The notes under the pieces are model-generated. The model was given only the letters and a program-made list of their open reading frames with translations. It was not told the DNA's origin and ran no database searches. From an uncultured Trueperaceae bacterium (GTDB lineage Bacteria; Deinococcota; Deinococci; Deinococcales; Trueperaceae), in assembly GCA_963799485.1 (NCBI GenBank), contig CAWCXJ010000007.1, positions 32,001-96,000 of the forward strand: a stretch of 64,000 nucleotides of DNA, read 5' to 3'. A program made the position numbers and the translations under genes. Positions 54,699 to 64,000 of the stretch are shown in pieces (the stretch's first letter is position 1; every line of letters begins with the position of its first letter).

Positions 54699-55559
54699 CT
54701 AACCGCCAACGATGTCGCCACCGTTGGGATGCAGTGTTTGACCTGTAAAGAACGACCCGTCGGCGGACGCCAAGAACACGTAGCTCGGCGCAATCTCTTC
54801 GGGTTGGCCGGGCCTGTTGAGCAGGACATTTTCGCCGAAATGCTCGACTTTTTCTTCTGAAAACGTCGAGGGGATCAGCGGCGTCCAGACGGGGCCGGGC
54901 GCGACTGAATTGACGCGAATCTTTTTCTCGGCCAAGTTTTGCGCGAGTGAACGGGTAAAAGCGACGATGGCCCCTTTTGTCGCGGCGTAGTCGAGCAAGC
55001 TGCCGGAACCCCGGAACGCCGTCACTGAACTCGAGTTGATGATCGCGCTGCCCTCAGGCAGGTGTTTGAGCGCCGCTTTGGTCATAAAAAACATTCCGAA
55101 GATGTTCGTACGGAAGGTGCGCTCGAGCTGCTCTGCCGTAATATCCGCAATACTTTTTTGCGGGTGCTGTTCCCCGGCGTTGTTGACCAGTACCTCGAGC
55201 TTGCCGAACTCGGCAACGACTTTTTCGACCGCCTCCCGGCAAAATGCTTCATCGCCCACATCTCCGGAGATCGCAAGGCACCGCTTGCCCTCGTCTTCAA
55301 CCTGCTTTTTGGTCGCCTCGGCGTCCTCGTGTTCGTTGAGGTAGACAATCGCCACGTCCGCGCCTTCACGGGCAAAGTAAACCGCGACCGCCCGCCCGAT
55401 GCCCGAATCACCCCCGGTAATCAGCGCGACCTTGCCACCTAGCTTGCCGCTCCCTTTGTATTCGGGGCTTTCGAACGCGGGCGCGGGCGTCATCTCAGCC
55501 TCGAGCCCCGGTTGCCGGTCTTGCTGCTGCGGTGGTACGTTTTTAGGTTTATCGGTCAT
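54699..55559 (-). CDS. General-stress SDR oxidoreductase (YhdF/YdaD-like)
   Basis: YKGSGKL, TGGDSGIG, LDYAATK, VAPGP.WTPL, HPNGG. Confidence 0.92.
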   Translation of the reverse strand: MTDKPKNVPPQQQDRQPGLEAEMTPAPAFESPEYKGSGKLGGKVALITGGDSGIGRAVAVYFAREGADVAIVYLNEHEDAEATKKQVEDEGKRCLAISGDVGDEAFCREAVEKVVAEFGKLEVLVNNAGEQHPQKSIADITAEQLERTFRTNIFGMFFMTKAALKHLPEGSAIINSSSVTAFRGSGSLLDYAATKGAIVAFTRSLAQNLAEKKIRVNSVAPGPVWTPLIPSTFSEEKVEHFGENVLLNRPGQPEEIAPSYVFLASADGSFFTGQTLHPNGGDIVGG

Positions 55560-55591
55560 CGTCTCCCCCTTTGAGCTTTCGCCAAGACCGA

Positions 55592-56446
55592 TTATTTTTG
55601 AGAAGCCGTCTCCAGACTGTTCTCTACCTCCGGTTGCGAGCCACCCTCCGGCCTAATATCTTCTGTGACGGGCTTGTCCCGTAAAACGCCGCGTAAGAGA
55701 ACAGCGTAGCCGACGACGCCGATAAGCGCAAACGAAAACCACTGAAACGCATACGAGAGGTGCGGGCCACGCGTAATTTCGGGCGGTGCCGGCGGGACGG
55801 GCAGCTGAGTTGTCTGGGCGGGAGTTTGGGTCGCGAGTTCTAAAAAGACCGGCTCGAGCGTATACGGCCGACCTACGCTAATACGCGCCGGGTCGACGAA
55901 AAATACTGCGTCGAGTTTTCCCTCTGCCGGGTCTTGCTGCACCAACCCGAGCCGGTCTAGAAATCCGCCCCCTACGGGCCCCGGCTGAGCGGGTTGCAAA
56001 ATACCGGTGACCTGAACCGGGCCGTCCGGCGGCGTAGCCTCCGCTATCGGCGGCTCGTCGAGGGCAAAGGGTACCCAACCCCGGTCGACGAGGAGCGCGC
56101 GCCCACCACCCAAACGCAGCGGCGTCAGGACGTGATATCCCGGACTCCCGTCTAGGGCGCGCGAACGAAGCAAAAGTTCGTTGGCAGGGTCAAAACGGCC
56201 CGTTACCTGCACGCGGCGGTACGTGACCGAGTTTTCCGCACGTTCGGGCGCTGTAGGAGAATACTGCTTGATGAGTTTGCCGAAGGGTTGCGGGTCGGCG
56301 CTGAGGCGCGACTCGAGCAGCACGTTATACGCTTCACGCTGAGCCGCACGGCGGAGCTGCCAAAGTCCGAAGTTCACAAATAAAACGATCAAACTGAGCG
56401 CTAAAAGGTGCCCGAACAGCCAGCGTGGGGTTAACAGCTTTTTCAT
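55592..56446 (-). CDS. SURF1 family cytochrome oxidase biogenesis protein
   Basis: G.WQL.R, GYHVLTP, LVDRGWVP, HLSYA.QWF. Confidence 0.93.
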   Translation of the reverse strand: MKKLLTPRWLFGHLLALSLIVLFVNFGLWQLRRAAQREAYNVLLESRLSADPQPFGKLIKQYSPTAPERAENSVTYRRVQVTGRFDPANELLLRSRALDGSPGYHVLTPLRLGGGRALLVDRGWVPFALDEPPIAEATPPDGPVQVTGILQPAQPGPVGGGFLDRLGLVQQDPAEGKLDAVFFVDPARISVGRPYTLEPVFLELATQTPAQTTQLPVPPAPPEITRGPHLSYAFQWFSFALIGVVGYAVLLRGVLRDKPVTEDIRPEGGSQPEVENSLETASQK

Positions 56447-56518
56447 GGTCTTCTCTCAGGCGAAGAGGGCCGCACGTTTATTGCGACCCTCGCGAGCGAA
56501 TGCGTCAAACCGTAACGC

Positions 56519-59164
56519 TCAGTTGGTGCTTTCTTGCGGGCTGTCGGGAGGGATCGTGTTACCGGCACCCGGCCCCGGTAGCTCTTGGGGTAGCTCGGCG
56601 GGCGCCGCTTCGGTTGCAGGGGGAACAGCAGGCGTTGTGGACTGAGGCAACGTGGAAATCGGGGGATTTTCGCCGCCCTCGCCCGTAATCGTGTCTTGCT
56701 GATATACCCCGAACGGGTCGCCGACGTTACGCACCTGATCCGGCCCCTGGTAAAAGATCGGCAACACGTAGACGATCAGCAAGACGAAAATCCACACGCC
56801 GTCGACCAGGTGCCAGTACGCGACGGGAACCTCGAGCCCGTTTTGCAGCTTCGGCGTAAACTTGCGCTGCCGTCCGCGAACGAACGCAACACCCAGCATC
56901 GTCAGCCCTGCGACGACGTGCAGCATGTGTAGACCGGTGATGGTAAAGAAAGCCGAGAGGTAGAGGTTTTCGCGTGGGTCGGCGGACGCTAGGATTTCGC
57001 TCCACTCGAATCCGGTAATCCCTAAAAAGATGGCCCCGAACGCCATTGTAGCTGCCATCAGACCTAGAAAGGTGCGGCGCTTGCCGTGGTTGAAGTCGTG
57101 GTGCGCGACGTGTACGGTCAGCGAACTCGAGACCAAGAAGAGCGTGTTTAAGAGCGCCAGCCGCACACTCGGCAGCTCTTCGGGAAACAGCATCCGCCCG
57201 TTTAGAAGCAGGTAGAAGTACGCCGAAAAGACCATCAAGAAGAGCGCGACTTCAGAACCCAAAAACCAGTAGGCGAACATCATGCCGTTAGAGGTCTTGG
57301 TGCGGTTGTGGTGCGCGACCTCTAACTCGATTTCCGGGCTGTCGAAGGCGGGTTCGTTGGCCCACATGATAAAGGCGAAAAGCGCTACCGCGATACCAGC
57401 GACCCACAGCGGCCCCTGCATGACTATCCCGACCAAAAAGAGGAACAGTCCGCCCGAAGCGACAAGCGGCCAGATGCTCGGATTCGGCAGGTGAATGTCG
57501 GATTCACGCAGGGTTGCTGCGTCGCCTACAGGCCAGAGGCCGAGCTTTTTCCAGTCGTAAAGCGGACGCTCGCTGCGGAAATCGGTCGGGAGCGTCACGC
57601 CGAAGTTGTACGCGGGCGGGGGGCTTGCTGTCGCCCACTCGAGGCTGTAGCCGTAACCCCAGGGGTTCGGCCCCGCCTCTTTGGGTTTGCGGAGGCTGAT
57701 AACCACGTTGTAGATAAAGAGCAAAAAGCCGAACGCCAGCATGAGCGAACCAGCCGACGAGATCGCGTTCCAGACCCCCCAGCCGAGGCCGTCAGCGTAG
57801 GTGTAGATGCGGCGCGGCATCCCCAGAAGCCCGAGGACGTACTGCGGAAAGTACGTCACCATAAAACCCACAAACCAGAGTCCAAAAAGCCATTTGCCTA
57901 AACGCTCGTCCAGGAACCGACCCGTCATTTTGGGAAACCAGTAGAACGTCCCCGCCATGACGATAAAAATCGAGCCACCGATCAAGATGTTATGAAAGTG
58001 TGCGACGACCCAGTAGGTGTCTTGCATCTGCCAGGTGAAGGGCACGATGGCGAGCGCCACGCCGGTAATCCCGCCGATGGTAAAGAGAAAGATAAAGCCT
58101 AAACACATCAGCATCGCGGTATTGAAGACGATCTTGCCTTTCCAGATAGTTGCCAGCCAGTTAAAAATCTTGACGCCTGTCGGGACGGCGACCAGCATCG
58201 TGGTAAACGCAAAAACCGAGTTGAGGATCGGGCTGCCCATCGAGGTGAACATGTGGTGCGCCCACACCAGAAAGCTGACGAGCGCAATCCCCATTGTCGC
58301 CCCGGCAAGCGCCGTATAGCCAAAAATCGGTTTACGGGTGAATGTCGGCAACATCTCCGAAACAATCCCAAACCAGGGCAGCACCATGATATAGACCGCC
58401 GGGTGCGAATAAAACCAGAACAGGTGCTGATACAACACCGGGTCGCCGCCGATCGCCGGATTGTAGAGGCTGATTCCGGTCGTGCGGTCTAACAAGGTGA
58501 TTACGGTTGCAGCGGTGATACCGGGCGTCGCCAGAACCTGCAAAAACGAGGTTGCCATAATCGCCCAGCCGAACATCGGCAGTTGCCGCCAACCCATTCC
58601 CGGTGCCCGCAGGTTGACCATCGTTACAATCAGGTTGATGCCGCCGAAAATCGACGCGAAGCCGACGAGCTGTAACCCTAAAATCCACGTATCGACGCCG
58701 GCGCTCGGTTGATACTGCGACGAGGCAAAGGGGAAGTACGCGACCCAGCCACCTTCGGCCCAACCGCCGAACAGCGGAGCCATGTAGAGCAAAATCCCGC
58801 CGAAGAGATAGAGCCAGTAGGCAAACGCGTTCATCCGTGGCAGCGCCATATCACGCGCCCCGATCATTAGCGGAATAAAGTAATTTGCAAACCCCGCTGC
58901 AATCGGAATGATAAATAGAAACTGCATCGTGGTACCGTGCGCGGTTAAAATCTGGTTGTAAAAACTCCCGACCAGTACGTCCATGTTGGGTCGCGAGAGC
59001 TGCAGGCGGATCAGCAGCGCTTCGATACCGCCGACGCCGAAGAAGAAAAAGCTGGTAACGAGGTACATGATGCCGATCTTTTTGTGATCGACGGTGGTCA
59101 AGAGGTCGAGCCAGAGCGGTTTGCGTCTGACGTCTTGTTTGGGGGTTCCGACAGCAATACTCAT
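56519..59164 (-). CDS. ctaD: Cytochrome c oxidase subunit I fused to subunit III (caa3 type, A2 subfamily)
   Basis: DHKKIG, AHGT.M, FWFYSHPAVY, WAHHM, AHFH; C-terminal SE...F, TGLH.LHV, YWHLVD..W. Confidence 0.95.
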   Translation of the reverse strand: MSIAVGTPKQDVRRKPLWLDLLTTVDHKKIGIMYLVTSFFFFGVGGIEALLIRLQLSRPNMDVLVGSFYNQILTAHGTTMQFLFIIPIAAGFANYFIPLMIGARDMALPRMNAFAYWLYLFGGILLYMAPLFGGWAEGGWVAYFPFASSQYQPSAGVDTWILGLQLVGFASIFGGINLIVTMVNLRAPGMGWRQLPMFGWAIMATSFLQVLATPGITAATVITLLDRTTGISLYNPAIGGDPVLYQHLFWFYSHPAVYIMVLPWFGIVSEMLPTFTRKPIFGYTALAGATMGIALVSFLVWAHHMFTSMGSPILNSVFAFTTMLVAVPTGVKIFNWLATIWKGKIVFNTAMLMCLGFIFLFTIGGITGVALAIVPFTWQMQDTYWVVAHFHNILIGGSIFIVMAGTFYWFPKMTGRFLDERLGKWLFGLWFVGFMVTYFPQYVLGLLGMPRRIYTYADGLGWGVWNAISSAGSLMLAFGFLLFIYNVVISLRKPKEAGPNPWGYGYSLEWATASPPPAYNFGVTLPTDFRSERPLYDWKKLGLWPVGDAATLRESDIHLPNPSIWPLVASGGLFLFLVGIVMQGPLWVAGIAVALFAFIMWANEPAFDSPEIELEVAHHNRTKTSNGMMFAYWFLGSEVALFLMVFSAYFYLLLNGRMLFPEELPSVRLALLNTLFLVSSSLTVHVAHHDFNHGKRRTFLGLMAATMAFGAIFLGITGFEWSEILASADPRENLYLSAFFTITGLHMLHVVAGLTMLGVAFVRGRQRKFTPKLQNGLEVPVAYWHLVDGVWIFVLLIVYVLPIFYQGPDQVRNVGDPFGVYQQDTITGEGGENPPISTLPQSTTPAVPPATEAAPAELPQELPGPGAGNTIPPDSPQESTN

Positions 59165-60315
59165 TGGGCGTTCTCCAGGCTGGTGAGGTTGTTGGATACG
59201 GGTAACGACGGGGTCTTGGCTTCAGGGGTAGGCGTTTTAGTGTCAGCTTGGGCAGGCTCAGCGCCGCCAATCGCCTGCTTCATATCAAAGCCCGGCAGGG
59301 TCAACGATTCCAGATAGGCCGTAAGCTGCACAGCTTCTTCTTGACTTAAACCCAGGTTAGGCATCGCCACGCCCGGTTTTATGGTATCGGTATAACGAAG
59401 CCAGCGGATCATGTTTTCCGGTGTGTTGGCGAGGAGACCCGCAGCGATACTCGTGCGCGAGCCGATAAACGAAAGGTTGGGGCCGGTGCGGTTGTAGGTG
59501 TTCACACCGTTGACCGCGTGGCAGTTGACGCAGCCTTTAGAAATAAAAAGTTGCGACCCGGCGACGGCAGCTTCAGCTTGAGGAGGGGCGGCGGCTTTTT
59601 GCGCGGCGGCCTGCCACTTTTGATAATTTTCCGGTGACAAGGCGACCAGCCGAAGCCGCATATTGGCGTGCGAGTCGCCGCAAATTTCGGCGCATTGACC
59701 GTAAAAGACGCCTTCGCGGTCGGGAGTAAACCAGAGCGTGCGCTGATTGCCGGGTATCAGGTCGGTTTTACCGGCAACTTGCGGTATCCAAAACGAGTGC
59801 ATCGTGTCGCCCGAGGCGAGATTGAGCTTGACGGCGGTGCCGACCGGCGCGACGAGCTCATTGGCGGTGATCACGCCCGAATCGACGTAGGCCATCTCCC
59901 ACCAGAACTGCCGACCGATGACGTTGACTTCAATCGCATCATCAGGGGCGGCGAAGCCGTCGAGCTGGTAGATGGCGGCCAACGTCGGGACGAGCAAAAT
60001 TGCTAAAATGATCAGCGGGATCACCGTCCAGGCGACCTCGAGCTTTAAGTTCCCGTGCGTTTGCGGCGGTTCCTCGTCGTGATTGCGGTCACGGATGCCG
60101 CCGACGATGCCCGCGACCATAAAGGCGACAACTACCGCCATCACGAAGATACTAAAACCCATGACCAGCCAGAAGAGCCGGGAGATTTCCAGCGCGTTCG
60201 GCGAAGCTGTATCTAAAATGCTCGGCGTCGGAATGTTCGGCCCGATGCCGGACACGCCCGTGGCGAGCGCCGTGCCGGAAAGTAGCGGGATAAGTAGGGG
60301 TAAAAACCGCTTCAT
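59161..60315 (-). CDS. ctaC: Cytochrome c oxidase subunit II with C-terminal cytochrome c
   Basis: LEVAWT, HSFWIP, CAEICGDSHANM (CuA), CVNCH, MP. Confidence 0.95.
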   Translation of the reverse strand: MKRFLPLLIPLLSGTALATGVSGIGPNIPTPSILDTASPNALEISRLFWLVMGFSIFVMAVVVAFMVAGIVGGIRDRNHDEEPPQTHGNLKLEVAWTVIPLIILAILLVPTLAAIYQLDGFAAPDDAIEVNVIGRQFWWEMAYVDSGVITANELVAPVGTAVKLNLASGDTMHSFWIPQVAGKTDLIPGNQRTLWFTPDREGVFYGQCAEICGDSHANMRLRLVALSPENYQKWQAAAQKAAAPPQAEAAVAGSQLFISKGCVNCHAVNGVNTYNRTGPNLSFIGSRTSIAAGLLANTPENMIRWLRYTDTIKPGVAMPNLGLSQEEAVQLTAYLESLTLPGFDMKQAIGGAEPAQADTKTPTPEAKTPSLPVSNNLTSLENAQ

Positions 60316-60323
60316 AGCTTCTC

Positions 60324-61289
60324 CTAGATAAGGGCGCGCTCGAGCGCCATCGCTAAAAATAACAGGGCCAGGTACGACATCGAATACTTGTAAAGGCTTA
60401 GCGCCGTAGGCCGGTCGATAGCTTCGTTACGTTGCACCTTGACAAACAGCCTGGCAACCCGGACGAGCAGCACCACGTTAAGGAGCAGCGCCGCGACGAA
60501 GTAACCGAGGCCGAACTCGTGCGAAAAGAAAGGGATCACCGTCAGCACAACCGTCAGCACGGCGTACATCACCATCTGCAAGACCGTCGCCCGCTCACCG
60601 ATCACCGACGGAGCCATCGGCACCCCGACGGCGGTATAGTCGTCTTTAATCATCAGCGCCAGCGCCCAGAAGTGAACCGGCGTCCAGAAAAACACCAGCG
60701 CGAACAAAAACCATGCCAACAGGCTCAAGTCGCCGGTGACAGCGGCCCAACCCACGAGCGGCGGAACCGCGCCCGCTGCGCCGCCGATGACGATATTTTG
60801 CCAGGTACTGCGTTTAAGCCACATCGTATAGATGATGACGTAAAAAGCGATTCCCGCCCAGGAGAGCAGCGCCGCCAGCACGTTCGAGGTTAGGGCAATC
60901 ACCAGAAATGACCCGAGGGTCAAGGTGACGCCGAAGAGAAGTGCGTCACGGCTCGAGATCACCGTCGTCACGGTTGGGCGCTGCGCGGTGCGTTTCATCC
61001 GCACGTCGATATCGCGGTCGTAAACCATGTTAAAGACGCCCGCTGCCCCTGCCGACATATAACCGCCTACGAGGATACCTAAAAGCGCCACCCAACCGGG
61101 AAGCCCACGGGCAGCGATAAACATCGCGCCGACGGTGGTCAAAAGCAGCAGGCTGATGACTTTGGGTTTGGTCAGGGTCACATAGTCGCGCCACGACGCC
61201 TTAGGCACTACTGCAGCGGGTACTGCCACATCAGGTACTACGGCAGCGGGTATCACTGCATCGGGTATTACAGCATTCTCGACAGTCAC
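60324..61289 (-). CDS. ctaB: Protohaem IX farnesyltransferase (haem O synthase)
   Basis: LTKP, DRDID..M.RT..RP, NIVIGG.AG, WTP.HFWAL; GTG overlaps the ctaA TGA. Confidence 0.95.
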   Translation of the reverse strand: MTVENAVIPDAVIPAAVVPDVAVPAAVVPKASWRDYVTLTKPKVISLLLLTTVGAMFIAARGLPGWVALLGILVGGYMSAGAAGVFNMVYDRDIDVRMKRTAQRPTVTTVISSRDALLFGVTLTLGSFLVIALTSNVLAALLSWAGIAFYVIIYTMWLKRSTWQNIVIGGAAGAVPPLVGWAAVTGDLSLLAWFLFALVFFWTPVHFWALALMIKDDYTAVGVPMAPSVIGERATVLQMVMYAVLTVVLTVIPFFSHEFGLGYFVAALLLNVVLLVRVARLFVKVQRNEAIDRPTALSLYKYSMSYLALLFLAMALERALI

Positions 61290-62257
61290 GTCCTCATCCC
61301 TTCGCGCCAAGCCGGCGCAGGTCTAACTGTAGCTGCGCGCGGCGAGCCGAGTGTATAAGCCGTCAACGCCGAAAGCAACCCGAACGCCAGCACTGCCAAA
61401 AGCAGGTGCAGCAGCTGCAAGCCGACCGGCCCCAAAAATGCCAGATTGAGCGTCCCGACCAGCAGCTGCAACAGGTAAACCCCAAACAAAACTCGGGCGA
61501 TATGACGTGCTTGCAGCACCGGTTTGAGCCACCAGCTGAGCCCCAGACTGAGAAACAGGTAGAGCCCGACTGAAATGGCAATCAGCGGGTGCAAGACGCG
61601 CAGGCGGATGAGCAGGTGCGAAGCCGGGTCAAAGTCGGCGCGGAGTCCCGCAGCAAGGCTTTCCGACGGAAAGATGGTATTGCCCATCGCGGCGATACCA
61701 CCGGTAAAAATCAGCAGGAGCATCCCGATGAGACCAATAGAAAGCGTGACTCCGATGAGGCTCTGACCGCGTAGTTTCGGCGCGCCCGGTGCGCCCGGTC
61801 GCGCGTAGACAAGCGTCAGGGTCAGCGCGCCAATTAAAAGCATCGAATTGACCAAATGTGTTGCAACGATAAGGCCGCGACCGAGCGTCGCATTCTCGCC
61901 GGTTAGACCGAGCAAGACCGTCGCCGCACCCAAGAGTGCCTCGAGGATCAAAAATACGAATGAAGCCGTTGCCGCGCCGAAGAGCGCCGGGCTCGTCCGG
62001 CGCGTGCGGTAAGCGCGGCTCAGGAGCCAGCCCCCCAACACGAGCGCCCCGAGCGAGAGCAGCCGGTGCGAATACTCGATAAGCGTTTCTGTCGTCGGGG
62101 CGAGTGGCACCACCGCGCCGTTACAAAGCGGCCAGTTACTGCCGCACCCCGCGCCCGAACCCGTCACGCGCACCACCGCACCTTGCAAAATAATCAGTAG
62201 GTTGACCGTGAGCGTCAGCCAGGCGAGCTTGACCGTTGAGAATTTTAAGCTTGACAC
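61286..62257 (-). CDS. ctaA: Haem A synthase (COX15/CtaA)
   Basis: GA.VR.TGSG.GC..WPLC.G, IEYSHR, further conserved His residues. Confidence 0.92.
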   Translation of the reverse strand: MSSLKFSTVKLAWLTLTVNLLIILQGAVVRVTGSGAGCGSNWPLCNGAVVPLAPTTETLIEYSHRLLSLGALVLGGWLLSRAYRTRRTSPALFGAATASFVFLILEALLGAATVLLGLTGENATLGRGLIVATHLVNSMLLIGALTLTLVYARPGAPGAPKLRGQSLIGVTLSIGLIGMLLLIFTGGIAAMGNTIFPSESLAAGLRADFDPASHLLIRLRVLHPLIAISVGLYLFLSLGLSWWLKPVLQARHIARVLFGVYLLQLLVGTLNLAFLGPVGLQLLHLLLAVLAFGLLSALTAYTLGSPRAATVRPAPAWREGMRT

Positions 62258-62551
62258 ACACCGCCTCCTCTAATTCGCGTCATAACCGCTACACGTATAG
62301 ACTCCAAGTATATAGTCGCACCTTATCAAACTCGGTGGACAAACGTCCCACAAGCCCCGGCGTCCCAAGCCTCGGACGCGCTCAGCGTACCACTCACAGC
62401 GGTCTCACAACCGTGCTACGCAGTCTCTATCAAGCCCTCGAGACTTCGCCGGCTGCACCGACTGTCTTTTACAGGCCGAGCAGGGCGCAACCAGCACCCG
62501 CGCTTGTCCTGTAGGTGACTGTGTATACTAGGCCCAAACAGGAGGCCAGGT

Positions 62552-63061
62552 ATGGCGATACCACTGCTACTTTCATCCGTCGCTGCGGGACTTATTGCAA
62601 CTGCCGTTATGGTGTTTTTTCTCTATTTGCCGCTCGTTTGGCGGGGCAACTACTACGACGTGCTAGGCGCACTCGGTTCGGCGATCACCCGGCAGCTCGA
62701 CGGTCGCGCCCGTTTTCTAGGCGCGCTCGTCTATTTCGGCGGCGGTATCTTTATGGCCATTTTTTACGGTTGGGTCGTACTCGCACTGATGCGAGTTCCG
62801 CAACCCCTGCCCGAAATTATAATCTTGCCGGGTTTACCTACACAGATCAACTTGTTTTACCCTATTCTGGGTGTCGCGCTTGGTTTGGGACACGGAATCT
62901 TAGTCGCCTTTATCGTAACTATCATCGTCATCGAACACCACCCGCTCGAGCAGTTCCGTACCCGCTTCATCCTGGTTATCTCACAAATCATCAGTCACAT
63001 CGCTTTCGGCGTTACGGTGATGTTTTTTCAGTCACAATTTTTACAGCTCTTTCTGTCGTAG
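62552..63061 (+). CDS. Four-helix membrane protein, unknown function
   Basis: GGAGG RBS; AGLIAT..M, four hydrophobic segments, GHG and SH..FG. Confidence 0.8.
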   Translation: MAIPLLLSSVAAGLIATAVMVFFLYLPLVWRGNYYDVLGALGSAITRQLDGRARFLGALVYFGGGIFMAIFYGWVVLALMRVPQPLPEIIILPGLPTQINLFYPILGVALGLGHGILVAFIVTIIVIEHHPLEQFRTRFILVISQIISHIAFGVTVMFFQSQFLQLFLS

Positions 63062-63224
63062 GAACCAGCTGAAGACCCGGCGGAGGTTCAGCTTTACCCG
63101 CGGCGCAACTGCCTGCAGGTTACACCGCCCTTTTACAAAAAGTACGCACCAAACAGCTCCACCGTCACTTGCCTAAAGGTAAACCGGCCTTCAGCCGGTT
63201 GTAACGGCTATACTAATCTCACGC

Positions 63225-63692
63225 ATGAGGCTTTCGGCAACCGACATCTACGCGTTTCAAGCGCTCGGCTTTTTGGGAACCCAACCCCCTGAAAGGTGGG
63301 TCGGCGGCGACGACATCAGTCAGGCGACCGGGGTCGCGCGGCCCTACCTGATGCGCGTCTTGGCGCAACTCGTCAGCAAAGGCATCGTCAGCTCGAAAAA
63401 GGGCACCGGCGGCGGTTACGCGCTCAGTACAAACGCCGAACACATCAACTTGCGCGACGTGATGCGCGCCATCGACGGCCCGGTCGCGCCGCTTTCGTGC
63501 GTCAGCCTCAACTGGCACGTTCCCTGCAGCGAAGAGGCCCGCTGCCACGCCCGCAGCGCCGTTTGGGAACGTGTCCGCGACGCGCTGTTAGCTGCGCTCT
63601 CAGAAGTAAGTGTCGCCGACCTCGCCGCCGATTTCGAGCAGGGCGTGACCTATACGCCCTGTCTAAGCCATCTGCTCAAAGCCAACGCTTAA
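63225..63692 (+). CDS. Rrf2 family transcriptional regulator with three Cys
   Basis: YL..VL..L...G.V.S.KG..GGY.L; AIDGP.AP.SCVS....PC.....C. Confidence 0.93.
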   Translation: MRLSATDIYAFQALGFLGTQPPERWVGGDDISQATGVARPYLMRVLAQLVSKGIVSSKKGTGGGYALSTNAEHINLRDVMRAIDGPVAPLSCVSLNWHVPCSEEARCHARSAVWERVRDALLAALSEVSVADLAADFEQGVTYTPCLSHLLKANA

Positions 63693-63697
63693 ACGCT

Positions 63698-64000
63698 TTA
63701 TCGCCCCAAAGATTTATCCCCCAACGGCCGACAAAACCGCAGCAGATACCCGTCCGGGTCTTGCACGTAAAACTCACGTTGTCCGGTCTGCATATCCCCT
63801 GCTTTACGCCACACATCTTTGATACCGCGGTGCATGATCTTACCACTGGCTAAAAGCCGCTCGTAGCTGGGCTGAATATCTGAAAGCTCCATCTGCAAGT
63901 TGACGCCGCGCCCGTAGGGAGGCTCGAGCGGCCCACCCAACCAATTGTCCGTTTGCAAGAGCATCAGCTGAAGGTCTTCTTGCTCCAGATAAACAAACTC
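63698..64000 (-). CDS. VOC/bleomycin-resistance family protein, 5' end outside the window
   Basis: P.GRGVN.Q, REF.VQDPDGYLLRF. Confidence 0.88.
   Translation of the reverse strand, partial: EFVYLEQEDLQLMLLQTDNWLGGPLEPPYGRGVNLQMELSDIQPSYERLLASGKIMHRGIKDVWRKAGDMQTGQREFYVQDPDGYLLRFCRPLGDKSLGR

Overview
Bacterial chromosomal window of roughly 58-60% GC (by eye), most consistent with a Deinococcota (Truepera-like) genome: many genes have a leaderless TANNNT-N5-7-start layout, and there is a Deinococcus-type aminodeoxyfutalosine deaminase and a Thermus caa3-style fused cytochrome oxidase I/III. Contents: peptide ABC transporter, aconitase A, thioredoxin, three LacI-linked sugar/polyol uptake and oxidation clusters (including ribitol and erythritol/threitol dehydrogenases), a triple-ATP-cone 2-phosphoglycerate-kinase-like protein, MazG/Nudix, miaB, a P450, GlpD, a caa3-type oxidase operon with haem synthesis genes, and decayed IS982 and IS630 elements. 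Five conserved genes carry single-base frameshifts that look like sequencing errors. The most unusual signals are: (i) the palindrome CTCGAG iterated about 110 times (manual count, about 5-fold over base-composition expectation), a HIP-like element; (ii) an 11-bp array that reads both as a Pho-box-like operator and as a chain of coupled MTTV-stop micro-ORFs leading into an unannotated 58-aa ORF and a two-CxxCH cytochrome c; (iii) recurrent short tandem duplications at gene starts and stops; (iv) a candidate structured RNA upstream of the P450; (v) a mosaic, kinase-less polyol cluster. No CRISPR array, rRNA or tRNA was found. All calls come from reading the sequence and recalled family motifs; no searches were run.
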